A DNA stretch of 63,915 bases, the filler included, from Reticulomyxa filosa (taxonomy: Eukaryota; Protista; Foraminifera), in NCBI GenBank assembly GCA_000512085.1. It is 19 parts of 19 records of this genome, joined end to end, with 100 filler letters (N's around TTAATTAATTAA, not from the genome) between each part and the next. Parts side by side here need not be neighbours in the genome. Positions count along the whole stretch, not along the records: positions 10,984 to 26,969 come from ASPP01004742.1; positions 27,070 to 28,301 come from ASPP01001235.1; positions 28,402 to 29,808 come from ASPP01033705.1; 16 more parts are not named here. One strand, 5' to 3'. Shown one piece after another: positions 22,101-29,504 of the stretch. The position numbers and the translations under genes are program-made. How positions within the stretch are numbered: the stretch's first letter is position 1; each line of letters begins with the position of its first letter. The notes below the pieces were generated by a model. The model saw nothing but the letters and a program-made list of their open reading frames with translations, was not told the DNA's origin and did not search any database.

Positions 22101-24966
22101 TTAATGCACGTAATACTTCAGCTTTCTCTCCAACCTTCACTGCTATACTTTCTATTGTATCTTTTTCTTCTGCCAGGTAAAAATCCCCTATGTTATGCCC
22201 AACCCTTATCCCAAATAAATTATAAAAGTTATAGCTTGATATCGCATCCCTTCTTGCCAGTACGTCAGAACTTGTCACTATATCTACATACTTGCCCTGC
22301 AATACCTTTATAATTGCCAAACACGCTATTATTAGTGACTTGCCTTCTCCAGTTGCTATCTCTGAAAGACCTCCCCCTTCCGATTTATACAACACCAACA
22401 ATGAGAGCAGTTGTGTGAGCCTGGGATGGCCATATCCTCCAAGTATACTCTTATGCGCCGCCTCAGATAATACAGCCATAACTTCTGCTATATTACTATC
22501 AGTCACTCCTGGTATACTCTGTTTCCATCTGATAAAATCTTCTCTCCCCCAATCGCTTAATCCCTTGCCTATTCTCTTTGCTTCATAACCCCTAGTACTA
22601 TCCTCATAACCCTTCCACCCAACTCTAATAGCTTCTGTCTTCTCAAGCTGATGGGTAAAATAATTATTCTTTATGTCACTCCCTATTAATTCTTCTAATC
22701 TTGCATTGCCTCTGTTCTTCCCTTTTAACTCCAGGAGTAACTTCCATATATCCTTACTTATGTAAAAACGATTATCACTGATAACTTGATTAATTTTTTC
22801 TGGCAGGTTCTCCAGAGAAGTCTTCTCCATATATTCTTTAGCACTAGTCCCTCCCCGATCTACCATAGCTGGACTTACTTTATAATCAGTAAGCCTCTCC
22901 AAAATACTAACCAATTTTCCAGTATCAGATACAGTTTTTGTAAATCTATATAAAAAATCTGCTTGCCAGCCAATCTCGCCACTCAAATAACTTATACTCC
23001 TCTTGAGTGCTTTCGCATCAGGCTCAGATAAACCTGTCTGCTTATTCATAATCAGTCGCTGCAGCAAATTCTCATAAAACTTCCCTATAGTAACACCTGT
23101 ACTCAAATCCCTTTTAAAATCCTCTTCTCTTATCCCGTGCTCCTTGATAAAATTTGTTAAGGCTTCTATCTCTCTCATATCAACAGCTTCTAGTAAATTC
23201 ATATACTGTATCAAATCCCATGAGATCCCAGTAATAGACTCTTTAAACTGCGTACATTCTCTTTGTGTTAATAAAAATTTTGCCTTGCCACATTTTATCC
23301 ACGTAACCGCGCTATCTTTACTACCAGCAACACATTCTTTACTTTCCGGACATTTTGATACGATATCAAAACCCGCATTTAGTCCTCTCTCTTCTTCACT
23401 AAATTCTATCCCCCTAAAGAAGGAATCTGCTACCTCTCTCGCATGTTCTAGCAATTCCACATTCCGAGAGTGTAATAGTCCTTTGAAAAATTCACTTGTT
23501 TCTTCCTTAACACTACCATTCCACCCTTCAGTTACTCTCCTGATTATCTCTATTCTCTCAGTCAAGCTCTCCTGTTGATAAAAATCATAAACCTGCTTTT
23601 GTATTTCATATCTTGATGCTTGCTCTTTTGTAAACCCTATCTTATCTAAAATCTTTACTGCCTTCTTATATTGAAGAGGGAAAAGCTTTGGTAAAAGCTT
23701 TATTAATCCTTCAAATATCTTAGTTTGTATATCTGCTGGTATTACAGTTAGCTGACTAAATAAGTTTATACTCATTTCCATCAGTCCTCTATCTTCGGTA
23801 CTCAGATAACTGGCAAAATCTCTCAGTGTTGCCATTGGCACTTCTATACTATGTTGCACTAATCTATTCCCTATAAATAGAGCAATTTTCTTATCTTCTA
23901 TTCTAACAAGAACTTCTATCAGCTCACCTAATAACCCTTTCGTTAAAAACCTGCCTTCCGCTACCAAATCCAGTACAAGTCTGCCAAAATGCTTTTGCTC
24001 GTTCCCATAATATCTAAAAATTTCACCAGTTAACTCATCACACAGCTTTCCTGACTTCTCCAGTAGCCTGTCAGCATAGCTTTCCACAATCCTGATAACA
24101 TTCTCATCAAACCCTGCTGCAAGTAACTTCCCTATTGACTTGCATATAAAAACCCCAGTTGCTTCTCCAACTACACTATCTTCAATTAACCTGTCAAAGT
24201 ACGAAAGGCTATCTATACTGGCTATATACCCATGATAATCTTGGGCTTTAAATAAACCTCTTGCCAAATCATGTGACCTGCTATCATATTCCAACAATGA
24301 CACAAGCCTATCAAAGTACTTGTATGACCATTCTTTTGCTTCGCTAATTTCCTGATTAAATATTCTGAATATTACCTCCCTTATATCATCTTCAACTCTT
24401 TCTTGCTTAACAAAATCAGTCAAAAAATCTATATCACTTTCCGAGCACCCATACTTTACTATCTGCGTACTTAATAACCCTGCTACAATTCTCCCCAATT
24501 TCATTTGGGGATCTTTCAACAATCCCTTAAGATATCCTATCGTCTCTCTATCTAGTTTGTAATTCGTAACACTCGCCAATGCTGATAGCACTGCAAATTG
24601 CGGACCATTAAACAACCATATTAATCCCTCCACTTCAGAAGGACTCCACTTCATTATTTTATATAAATTATCTTTTAACAGATTCTGCTTAAATAGAGAT
24701 TTATTCTTATCTTCCTTCCCTTCTATATAAACATATTTGATTATCTTCTCGTAATATACCTCTGCACTCGGCGGAACTAACCAATCATTCAGCCGACACG
24801 GCTTTTCTGCTACAGACACATCATATGGATCAAACTCTCGATTGGGTGCTAAACATTTATCTATATATCCCGCCTTATATAGCCTTAAGGCTTCTCCCCA
24901 CTCTTCATCTATACCTGTTAATTCATTAAAATAGCGATGGTCAAAGATTAAATCTATTAGATCCAT
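16108..24966 (-). CDS. Giant (2952 aa) SecA-ATPase-domain / hydrophobic-helix / 2xLysM polymorphic toxin with TNT-like C-terminal tip
   Basis: SecA motifs EIATGEGKS, VDIVTSSDVLARRDA, DEVD, WSDGLHQYLQIKH, GVSGT, IATNMAGRGTD, GGLHVI, QGYGRAARQGEPG. Hydrophobic Gly-rich helices at ~19010-18290. LysM YTVKAGDSLWTIAK and YTVATDDTLSDIARKNG. The tip reads RVY..GQF..LP..GIV..FGGNGLGTQFY. Confidence 0.85.
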   Translation of the reverse strand: MDLIDLIFDHRYFNELTGIDEEWGEALRLYKAGYIDKCLAPNREFDPYDVSVAEKPCRLNDWLVPPSAEVYYEKIIKYVYIEGKEDKNKSLFKQNLLKDNLYKIMKWSPSEVEGLIWLFNGPQFAVLSALASVTNYKLDRETIGYLKGLLKDPQMKLGRIVAGLLSTQIVKYGCSESDIDFLTDFVKQERVEDDIREVIFRIFNQEISEAKEWSYKYFDRLVSLLEYDSRSHDLARGLFKAQDYHGYIASIDSLSYFDRLIEDSVVGEATGVFICKSIGKLLAAGFDENVIRIVESYADRLLEKSGKLCDELTGEIFRYYGNEQKHFGRLVLDLVAEGRFLTKGLLGELIEVLVRIEDKKIALFIGNRLVQHSIEVPMATLRDFASYLSTEDRGLMEMSINLFSQLTVIPADIQTKIFEGLIKLLPKLFPLQYKKAVKILDKIGFTKEQASRYEIQKQVYDFYQQESLTERIEIIRRVTEGWNGSVKEETSEFFKGLLHSRNVELLEHAREVADSFFRGIEFSEEERGLNAGFDIVSKCPESKECVAGSKDSAVTWIKCGKAKFLLTQRECTQFKESITGISWDLIQYMNLLEAVDMREIEALTNFIKEHGIREEDFKRDLSTGVTIGKFYENLLQRLIMNKQTGLSEPDAKALKRSISYLSGEIGWQADFLYRFTKTVSDTGKLVSILERLTDYKVSPAMVDRGGTSAKEYMEKTSLENLPEKINQVISDNRFYISKDIWKLLLELKGKNRGNARLEELIGSDIKNNYFTHQLEKTEAIRVGWKGYEDSTRGYEAKRIGKGLSDWGREDFIRWKQSIPGVTDSNIAEVMAVLSEAAHKSILGGYGHPRLTQLLSLLVLYKSEGGGLSEIATGEGKSLIIACLAIIKVLQGKYVDIVTSSDVLARRDAISSYNFYNLFGIRVGHNIGDFYLAEEKDTIESIAVKVGEKAEVLRALNRDLINFGGNLITGEEVRLLHKEGRKECYEREIVYGALTYFIGDTLRDISSDTRRGRGFEVVIVDEVDNMFIDLDRMKVQLSGFIPGFEVLSYLLVYMRGVASAVGDKLWQTEEQCYLKVPGFKNPAGGMEREFVPEMLDRKDYDVELNSVGRDCDEYIKRYIGNFTKSILFAFEENRGERKVVIPRYLEGFAGEQLQRWLDTMISSYYYQEKSNYIIHKPDYGSRYQFRTITPIDYENTGALQHGLQWSDGLHQYLQIKHQLTMYPENVVSIFMSFFGFFSKYKGNIYGVSGTLGLEHHHEFLQTMYGVDVSVIPSFIEKDFEEYPAIVTETSVAWKEEILGVIKRKIEGSRAALIIVETIAEVEKLRGALLAFGYDSEKVFVYGTANSTLEYDVKNKRELRVGEIIIATNMAGRGTDLKISGEVRKNGGLHVIMGMVSGSARVEEQGYGRAARQGEPGSAQVIASLERIYENKCDTDIECLREERNQKEVTKLREDKLCHIPQLKIRDKLFDLYVELRKEVDSPTGYKIIFGALEKSEAGSFYIYAENSRVFLKVVQGENKVAEVIDITDTIRTIDPNTVKHIMTVISVEGSKAENLNKQAYEIIHFIAASKGYTMYKEIYKRVEHEFEKAINKEPLSGKQGGGFLRGKEGYLLKRLKYDTSFADLNDNKGSEKALSSAELRSKYFIWVADREIYNNQYELRQITDDWGIWLKQYDDLLREDGRCHSDNEDNLKQVMIDLEKQLASKFFEYKALLDNKKNAGTLMENPSYLVLKAWQYFSIANKQKGSGYTVSGGDVGWVEWITNVWELVKQRFNFGGENYAPADPLASAEGFLEQAVQLDDIYGWHGYNAKSYISLVKNGADIWEVKQAARAQQVKQAFCQDLANAIRRMEEWIIPAFEGQLVFLLSNKLVDYQDDLAIQLLGAAEVYKKLVQALERNIQIAGRSSGKEMIYLHRQMPMEEIVKDINITAAIYQAVNKTGLISSSGRLALESLNQDISFASQKFMLEQLASSGVYIFDISTYRLAEEKDWLGTVFAAVLGVASIFTGLWMLNAASTGAFGAIFGSSLVMQGVGDIIGGLISVGTGKPIDFNSYINSKGMSIGISLATAGLLHFLDYAGLISHTWMTDKIGNIREAATNPQKFLAMVSAIQVTTTVAGAVLYNGARRLVDAEDIQAEAKAIIDEMIVAYQKVLNRIFTTDAMNNNHKLQEELFSQIEKIVTRYQNRFDSDDTRFATGFATSMAGHAVGGYTAFGNMIGLGAVIDTGVKVVMGSVKNNEAMGKISQGTREAIEMIGAKASMSGQMLQQQLNIEFGADKGGKLFSEISAQGYVHDGEIDYNNCNKFNDVKLSEEISGYKNGLTGSCEHIGSLLNQVNGYDELRSRFTNLVSGAISHIRQHEIVRPVSDMVAGEAGDRFGRQIGEYIHRKLEESKQVSDNKPGSFKRNERLDEEKVSKESGLNRKKDAGAINNARTDKTASKKKIESIEEQNEEVVELKDEKGQSGAYTVKAGDSLWTIAKELDIKFEDLLTANQQISNPDKIYAGDKLNLPKANHHTFVQRPAEIPEKNVYTVATDDTLSDIARKNGITLATLLNANPELSKNPDLIFIGQKLYIPNNIDNFEKSCANTQAVEEQTCVASVPTSEGFNEYREKINTATDLPEQTKKELIKFSHRVESEILGSSQAIDMSTGTQILSDAGSKAKVVLSWYSDLCEEYPLATRWGTDIISGVFQTIVAGPAGAANALRATAMGEGVNLLAGEALADAYMMGVDKGARTLQKQFPGLQYEDAAALVALSGAVAIIGMQGASAFKTLKQYVDFKDWGVVKEKIFVQNWHKYRDIHLTKDLRLDDLTSLPGYEFMQHVYVTETMVAESMNTKIKDHYFKPPFKPGTKVAVFEADGQQKFLRVYNPKDAEYYGQFIVLEKDIKGLTLHQIKDKLDLPYLPTHLSEITPPKGVTIAIGIVKEENFGGNGLGTQFYLTDKAENNWFKKIGEIKND

Positions 24967-24981
24967 GATTCATAATTCTTA

Positions 24982-25284
24982 TTATAACTCTTCGTGATAC
25001 TGAGCTTGCTCTTGATTACCTTCTAAAAGGGTAAAATCATCAACTACCAACTCTTCTCCTGCTACTTCCTGTGCTGCCTTTTGTTCTGCGATCCTCTTTG
25101 CTTCAGCTTCCTCTGCTGCCTTTTGTTCTGCGATCTTCCTTGCTTCAGCTTCCTGTGCTGCTTTTTGTTCTGCGACCTTCCTTGCTTCAGCCTCAATTAT
25201 AATGCCAGGTACAAGTGGCGGGCTAGGCTTAGAATCCGATATTACATTCCATTTCTTTAACAAACCTTTCAATCCTCTTGGCAT
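24982..25284 (-). CDS. Small protein with Ala/Glu/Lys helical repeats, 15 bp upstream of the giant toxin gene
   Basis: Three copies of a ~42-bp unit encoding EAEARK(V/I)AEQKAA(Q/E). Confidence 0.6.
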   Translation of the reverse strand: MPRGLKGLLKKWNVISDSKPSPPLVPGIIIEAEARKVAEQKAAQEAEARKIAEQKAAEEAEAKRIAEQKAAQEVAGEELVVDDFTLLEGNQEQAQYHEEL

Positions 25285-25607
25285 GCGCCTTGCTCTGTTC
25301 CATTTACAATTGCCCTCAACTTATAGTAGTACTTAACTTTGTCAATATCAAAATTTGTGAAGAATAGAATTTCCACCTCTTTTTCTTTATAATTTATTTT
25401 TTCTACTCACTCTATTTTTTAAAGTTTTTTTTAAGAGAGGCTATAGTGTGTGTTTACTTATTTAAAAAGTTTAACTAATTTAAGGAGACTTTTAAATTAG
25501 GCGTTTTATCTTGGGTGTAGCAAATGAAAGGTAACTACTTTGTAGGGGAAAAATGACGTATTTCTGAGAGATATAGAAATTTTTGATTCAAAATGTTATT
25601 TTTATTT

Positions 25608-25621
25608 TTTGCGACAGAACC
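25608..25621 (-). mobile_element. Solo IS6-family-like terminal inverted repeat
   Basis: Reverse complement is GGTTCTGTCGCAAA, matching the IS6/IS26/IS257-type end GG(C/T)(A/T)CTGT(T/C)GCAAA. No IS6 transposase is on the contig. Confidence 0.5.
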
Positions 25622-25737
25622 TTAAATATCGATGGCCAAAGATTAAATCGAGCGATGGCACTTTTTTAAGTATGTCACTAAGGATTTTAGATACCCAGGA
25701 AATAGATATCTCATTCTTCGACAATCACGACAGAGGT

Positions 25738-26969
25738 TTAGATTACCTTCAATTCATACTTAAGGTAATAGAGCTTAAGCTTTCTGTCGGCTCTTTTTGT
25801 CATTTTTCCATATCCAACCTCCTCCTCTTCTGCAAATTCCCTTATCTTTGTCTCACTTAATCCATCTACCCATTTATAATACTTTTCTAGAAGCCCCTCT
25901 TCTTTCATCCTGTTGCTCAATCTTTCTTCCTCTTCTTCTTCTCTAGCTTTTTTCTTTTCAAGATAAACCTCAAAAGCTATCTCATCGACACTTTTATTCT
26001 CTTCCATCGCCTTCTCCATGTAATGGAGCTTAAAAACATCTTCTCTTATATCGTCATACTCTCCTGCCATTTTATACTTCTTTCTTATTTCATCTTTATC
26101 TTCTTCTTTTAATCCCCTATACCATTGCCAATAATTACCTGCTTCCATCGTGTCAACTATCCTGCATAACTCAATCGATATCTTCTTCTTTTCTTCTCTT
26201 TTTCTCCTCATTAATTCCAGGGTTGCTAGTTCTTGTTTGCTTTTATAGCTTGACTCTATCCACATCTCTCCCTTCCTTAGTGTGCCTATCAATACTTTCA
26301 AAGGATCGTTGTATTTCTTATAATGCTCTTTATTATGTTTTATTCCATATGCAAAGTGTTCTATCGATTCCTTAACAACGCTCGCTGGTAATACATTCAG
26401 TTTGTACAAACCCACAAGATGATGCTCTTTAAACTGCCATTCTTCCAACAAATGGATGTTAATCGTTTTCCATTCTTCTGGTAAGTCTTCAAATTTAAGT
26501 ATCGAGGAACTTATCACTTTTTTTGATTCACTTTTCTGAATGTCATTTTTTATCTCATTTTCTTTTCCTTGATTTATTTCCTCTTTTTTTTCTCCCTCTC
26601 TCTGCACTCTCTCCCTCTTAAGAATATTATTATTATAATAAGGAAGCGATTTTTAATAAAAATTTATAAAACTCACTATCAATTTTATATTGAGTAAAAG
26701 TATTATTTCTCCCAGTATTAAAATTAACTGTAAAAAGAAGTTTTTTTCTCTTCATTCTCTTGATAGATTGCTTTAATGAATCTAAAGGACAATTCAGGAA
26801 TATAGCCATGTCTGGCAATCTAATCCTATCTGTTTGTAAATTTTTTTTATCAATAATTAATGAAGATAAATAAGTAAAAATTTTTAGAGTCAAACCTCTT
26901 AATTTATAGCTAGCAAATTTATCAATGGTTTGTCCCTGTCTGTCCCCCACAAAAGAGGTGGTTTGTCCC
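25738..26969 (-). CDS. Putative plasmid replication/wHTH protein. Probably one gene split by a frameshift near 26650; 5' truncated
   Basis: HTH-like IRLPDMAIFLNCPLDSLKQSIKRMKRKKLL. A frame shift gives KSLPYYNNNILKRERVQREG, which joins ORF 25738-26607 (VKESIEHFAYG..DPLKVLIGTLRKG..W). TGGTTTGTCCC is repeated near the contig end. Confidence 0.45.
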
Positions 26970-27069
26970 NNNNNNNNNNNNNNNNNNNNNNNNNNNNNNN
27001 NNNNNNNNNNNNNTTAATTAATTAANNNNNNNNNNNNNNNNNNNNNNNNNNNNNNNNNNNNNNNNNNNN

Positions 27070-27240
27070 GCAAGATTATTTGTCGGTTGATTACTGGCAA
27101 AGTTGGATTAAATAATTGTATTTGGTGTGAGGGAGACTGTTGAGCATTTCTTGATTGAATGTTTGTGGTACAGTGAATTACGTAGCGATTGGTGGACAAA
27201 TGTCCAAGAATTGATTCCAGATATCAATGTGCCAGTCATC
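27070..27240 (+). mobile_element. Non-LTR retrotransposon 3' relic (C-terminal zinc finger of the RT ORF)
   Basis: NCIWCE(fs)ETVEHFLIECLWYSELRSDWW fits the LINE motif CxxC..ETxEHxLxxCxxYxxxR. Confidence 0.65.
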
Positions 27241-27299
27241 AGCAAACATTCAACATTGAATAGCCAATGATGATGAAGTGGGATATATTTTTTTTAAAT

Positions 27300-28250
27300 G
27301 AGTTTAGATATCTTCTTCTTCAGGAATGTAATACCAAGCTTTTCTCTTGCTTTACGAATTATTTCACATTGCAATGAATCGCTAGGATGTTTATTACAAC
27401 ATAAAACACATTTGTGTTTGCTTGTGTTGTTTTTGTTTCTGCACAATACTTACAACTTTACGTTTCTTTGGCACTCACGAGTGATATGATTCGATCTGTA
27501 GCATTTCCTGCATTGCTTGAAATGCGAATTTGTACATGATTTGTTTTTATCGAATGACTCTACTTTCACTGTTGAATATCCAATCTGAATATCATTGTCT
27601 TTCGACATTTTAATGATATCATCAAAATTGGATATCATCACTTTAACAATTGGCATTTTATGAAATTGTTTCACTTCTTGAACGTGATATCCATAATTTT
27701 CCAATATTTTTTTTATTTCATTTTCACTTTATTTATTTCAGGATTGATCACTGCTTCTTCTCGTTTTTTCTTTTGTTCAGCAGCGAATGTCTTGCTATAA
27801 ATATCACATCTTGGACGCATTGTAATTCGTTGATTTTCATCTTTACTTTCTTTTTGCTCTATTTGTCCATTCTTGATGTTAAAATTATTTGCAAGTTGAA
27901 TAAGCTGCTCGCTGATATCAACCGCAAAATAGACAAATAGTATTTGGAAATTTCCAGAAAATGTATGCGCTAATAAATCACTGAAGTAGCTGATTTTGGT
28001 TATATGGGCTTAATTGGAGTTATGACAATTGTTGGAGTATTTGCACACAATAATTATAATTAAACTTACATATTCTTTTCCAACACGTTCTCAAATATAA
28101 TCTCATCAACTGTCTTTTCGTCATTGTATTTTCCTTTTTGTCGCGCTTCTTTTAGCGCTATGTCCATCTTGTTTTGATGCGTTTTACTTGATCAACTGAG
28201 TAACATAGTCTTCCAATGCTGGAACATTGTGCAATAGTACAATCTTGTTC
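27300..28250 (-). mobile_element. Degenerate gag-like/ORF1 zinc-knuckle relic
   Basis: QCRKCYRSNHITREC (CCHC knuckle), followed by KCVLCCNKHPSDSLQC after frameshifts. Confidence 0.6.
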
Positions 28251-28835
28251 AGTTCTTTTTTTTAGATGGGTTGCTTCATCTTCAACTCGCACTTCTTTTT
28301 TNNNNNNNNNNNNNNNNNNNNNNNNNNNNNNNNNNNNNNNNNNNNTTAATTAATTAANNNNNNNNNNNNNNNNNNNNNNNNNNNNNNNNNNNNNNNNNNN
28401 NTGTTCGTTTTTATTTTGGTGAAACCATGATTCGAGTGACAGTAAAAATGAAAGGAAAAGAATATGTCGAACATGAAGTACAAATTAAGTATGATTTTGT
28501 TGTTCAACCTTTGGATGCAATTGGTTGATGCTGTTTTGTAGTTTCAAAGAAAATATCAGAGTTGTTCGTTTTTGTGCAAGACACCCTGATTATTTCAACT
28601 TTTTTGGTTTAATGTGACTGGTTAATGATATTCTTCTAATTTGTATGTTCGCTTTTACATCCTGCAAGCAAAATATTCCGTCATTTAAATATAACACAAT
28701 AATTTTATAATGTTTCATATTTTCAATTTCATTTATTATAAATTGTGCAAAATAAAAAGTCTAAAAAAAATAATTTAAAAAAAAGATTGAAGTTTTTTTT
28801 TGTTTAAAGGAAAAAAAACCTTCTAGATTCTGATA

Positions 28836-29504
28836 ATGTTATTAGATTTTGAGGAAAGGTGGCAGAAACTTAATGAAGAGTATCTGTCCTCAGTGACAAG
28901 TTTGGAACGACAATTGAAGTGGTTCAGTTCTTGTGATCCAACAGTAGAATCAGAAGTAACAAGAGAAAAAGAATTAAAAGAATGTAATAAGCATATTCGT
29001 GGAGCTGAAAAAGCGATAGTGTCATTACAGCAATTAATTCGAGACTCATACAATTTATCAGATTCAGAAAGAAATACTCATCGAATACAGATATCAAAAT
29101 TAAAAACAGAATTAGAAGGTTTTAAAAAAGATTATCAAGCAATTGAAAATAATAATGGAATATCATTAGATGTATTAAAAAGTAATTCAAATGAAAGACA
29201 ACAATTACTTCATGGACAACATATTATTGATAGCACACATAACGCTCTTTTACGTGGCAAACAAATTATTTCTGAAACTGAAGATACTGCTGTTCATACT
29301 GCAAATCGACTTAATCAACAAGGACAGCAATTAGAAATTGTGTTAGATGATCTCCAACAAACTAATTATACTCAAGATAGAGCTCGTCGTATTATGTTAG
29401 GAATGGCTCGAAGGATGATCACGGATCGAATTATCCAGTTTTTTATCGTTATTATCGAATTACTTATCATTGGCATTCTTATTTGGTATAAATTCTTTAA
29501 ATAG
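28836..29504 (+). CDS. Qb-SNARE (Vti1/NPSN-like)
   Basis: Helical N-terminal domain, SNARE motif ISETEDTAVHTANRLNQQGQQL..RARRIMLGMARR, and a C-terminal TM helix. Confidence 0.85.
   Translation: MLLDFEERWQKLNEEYLSSVTSLERQLKWFSSCDPTVESEVTREKELKECNKHIRGAEKAIVSLQQLIRDSYNLSDSERNTHRIQISKLKTELEGFKKDYQAIENNNGISLDVLKSNSNERQQLLHGQHIIDSTHNALLRGKQIISETEDTAVHTANRLNQQGQQLEIVLDDLQQTNYTQDRARRIMLGMARRMITDRIIQFFIVIIELLIIGILIWYKFFK

Larger units (their letters stand above)
10984..26969. other. Bacterial (endosymbiont-like, probably plasmid) contig within a eukaryotic assembly
   Basis: Intronless and gene-dense, with overlapping start/stop codons, three bacterial IS families, an Rpn gene and LysM domains. Confidence 0.93.

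Noticed and set aside
16459-23578. Multiple short plus-strand ORFs within the giant gene
   Set aside because: Antisense shadow ORFs with no motifs.
16108-24966. Calling the giant ORF the housekeeping secA gene
   Set aside because: It is about three times the length of SecA, the motor is internal, and it carries LysM domains and a toxin-like tail.
10884-27069. Bacteria-to-eukaryote horizontal transfer inferred from adjacency to protist genes
   Set aside because: Both borders are artificial spacers, so there is no physical linkage evidence.
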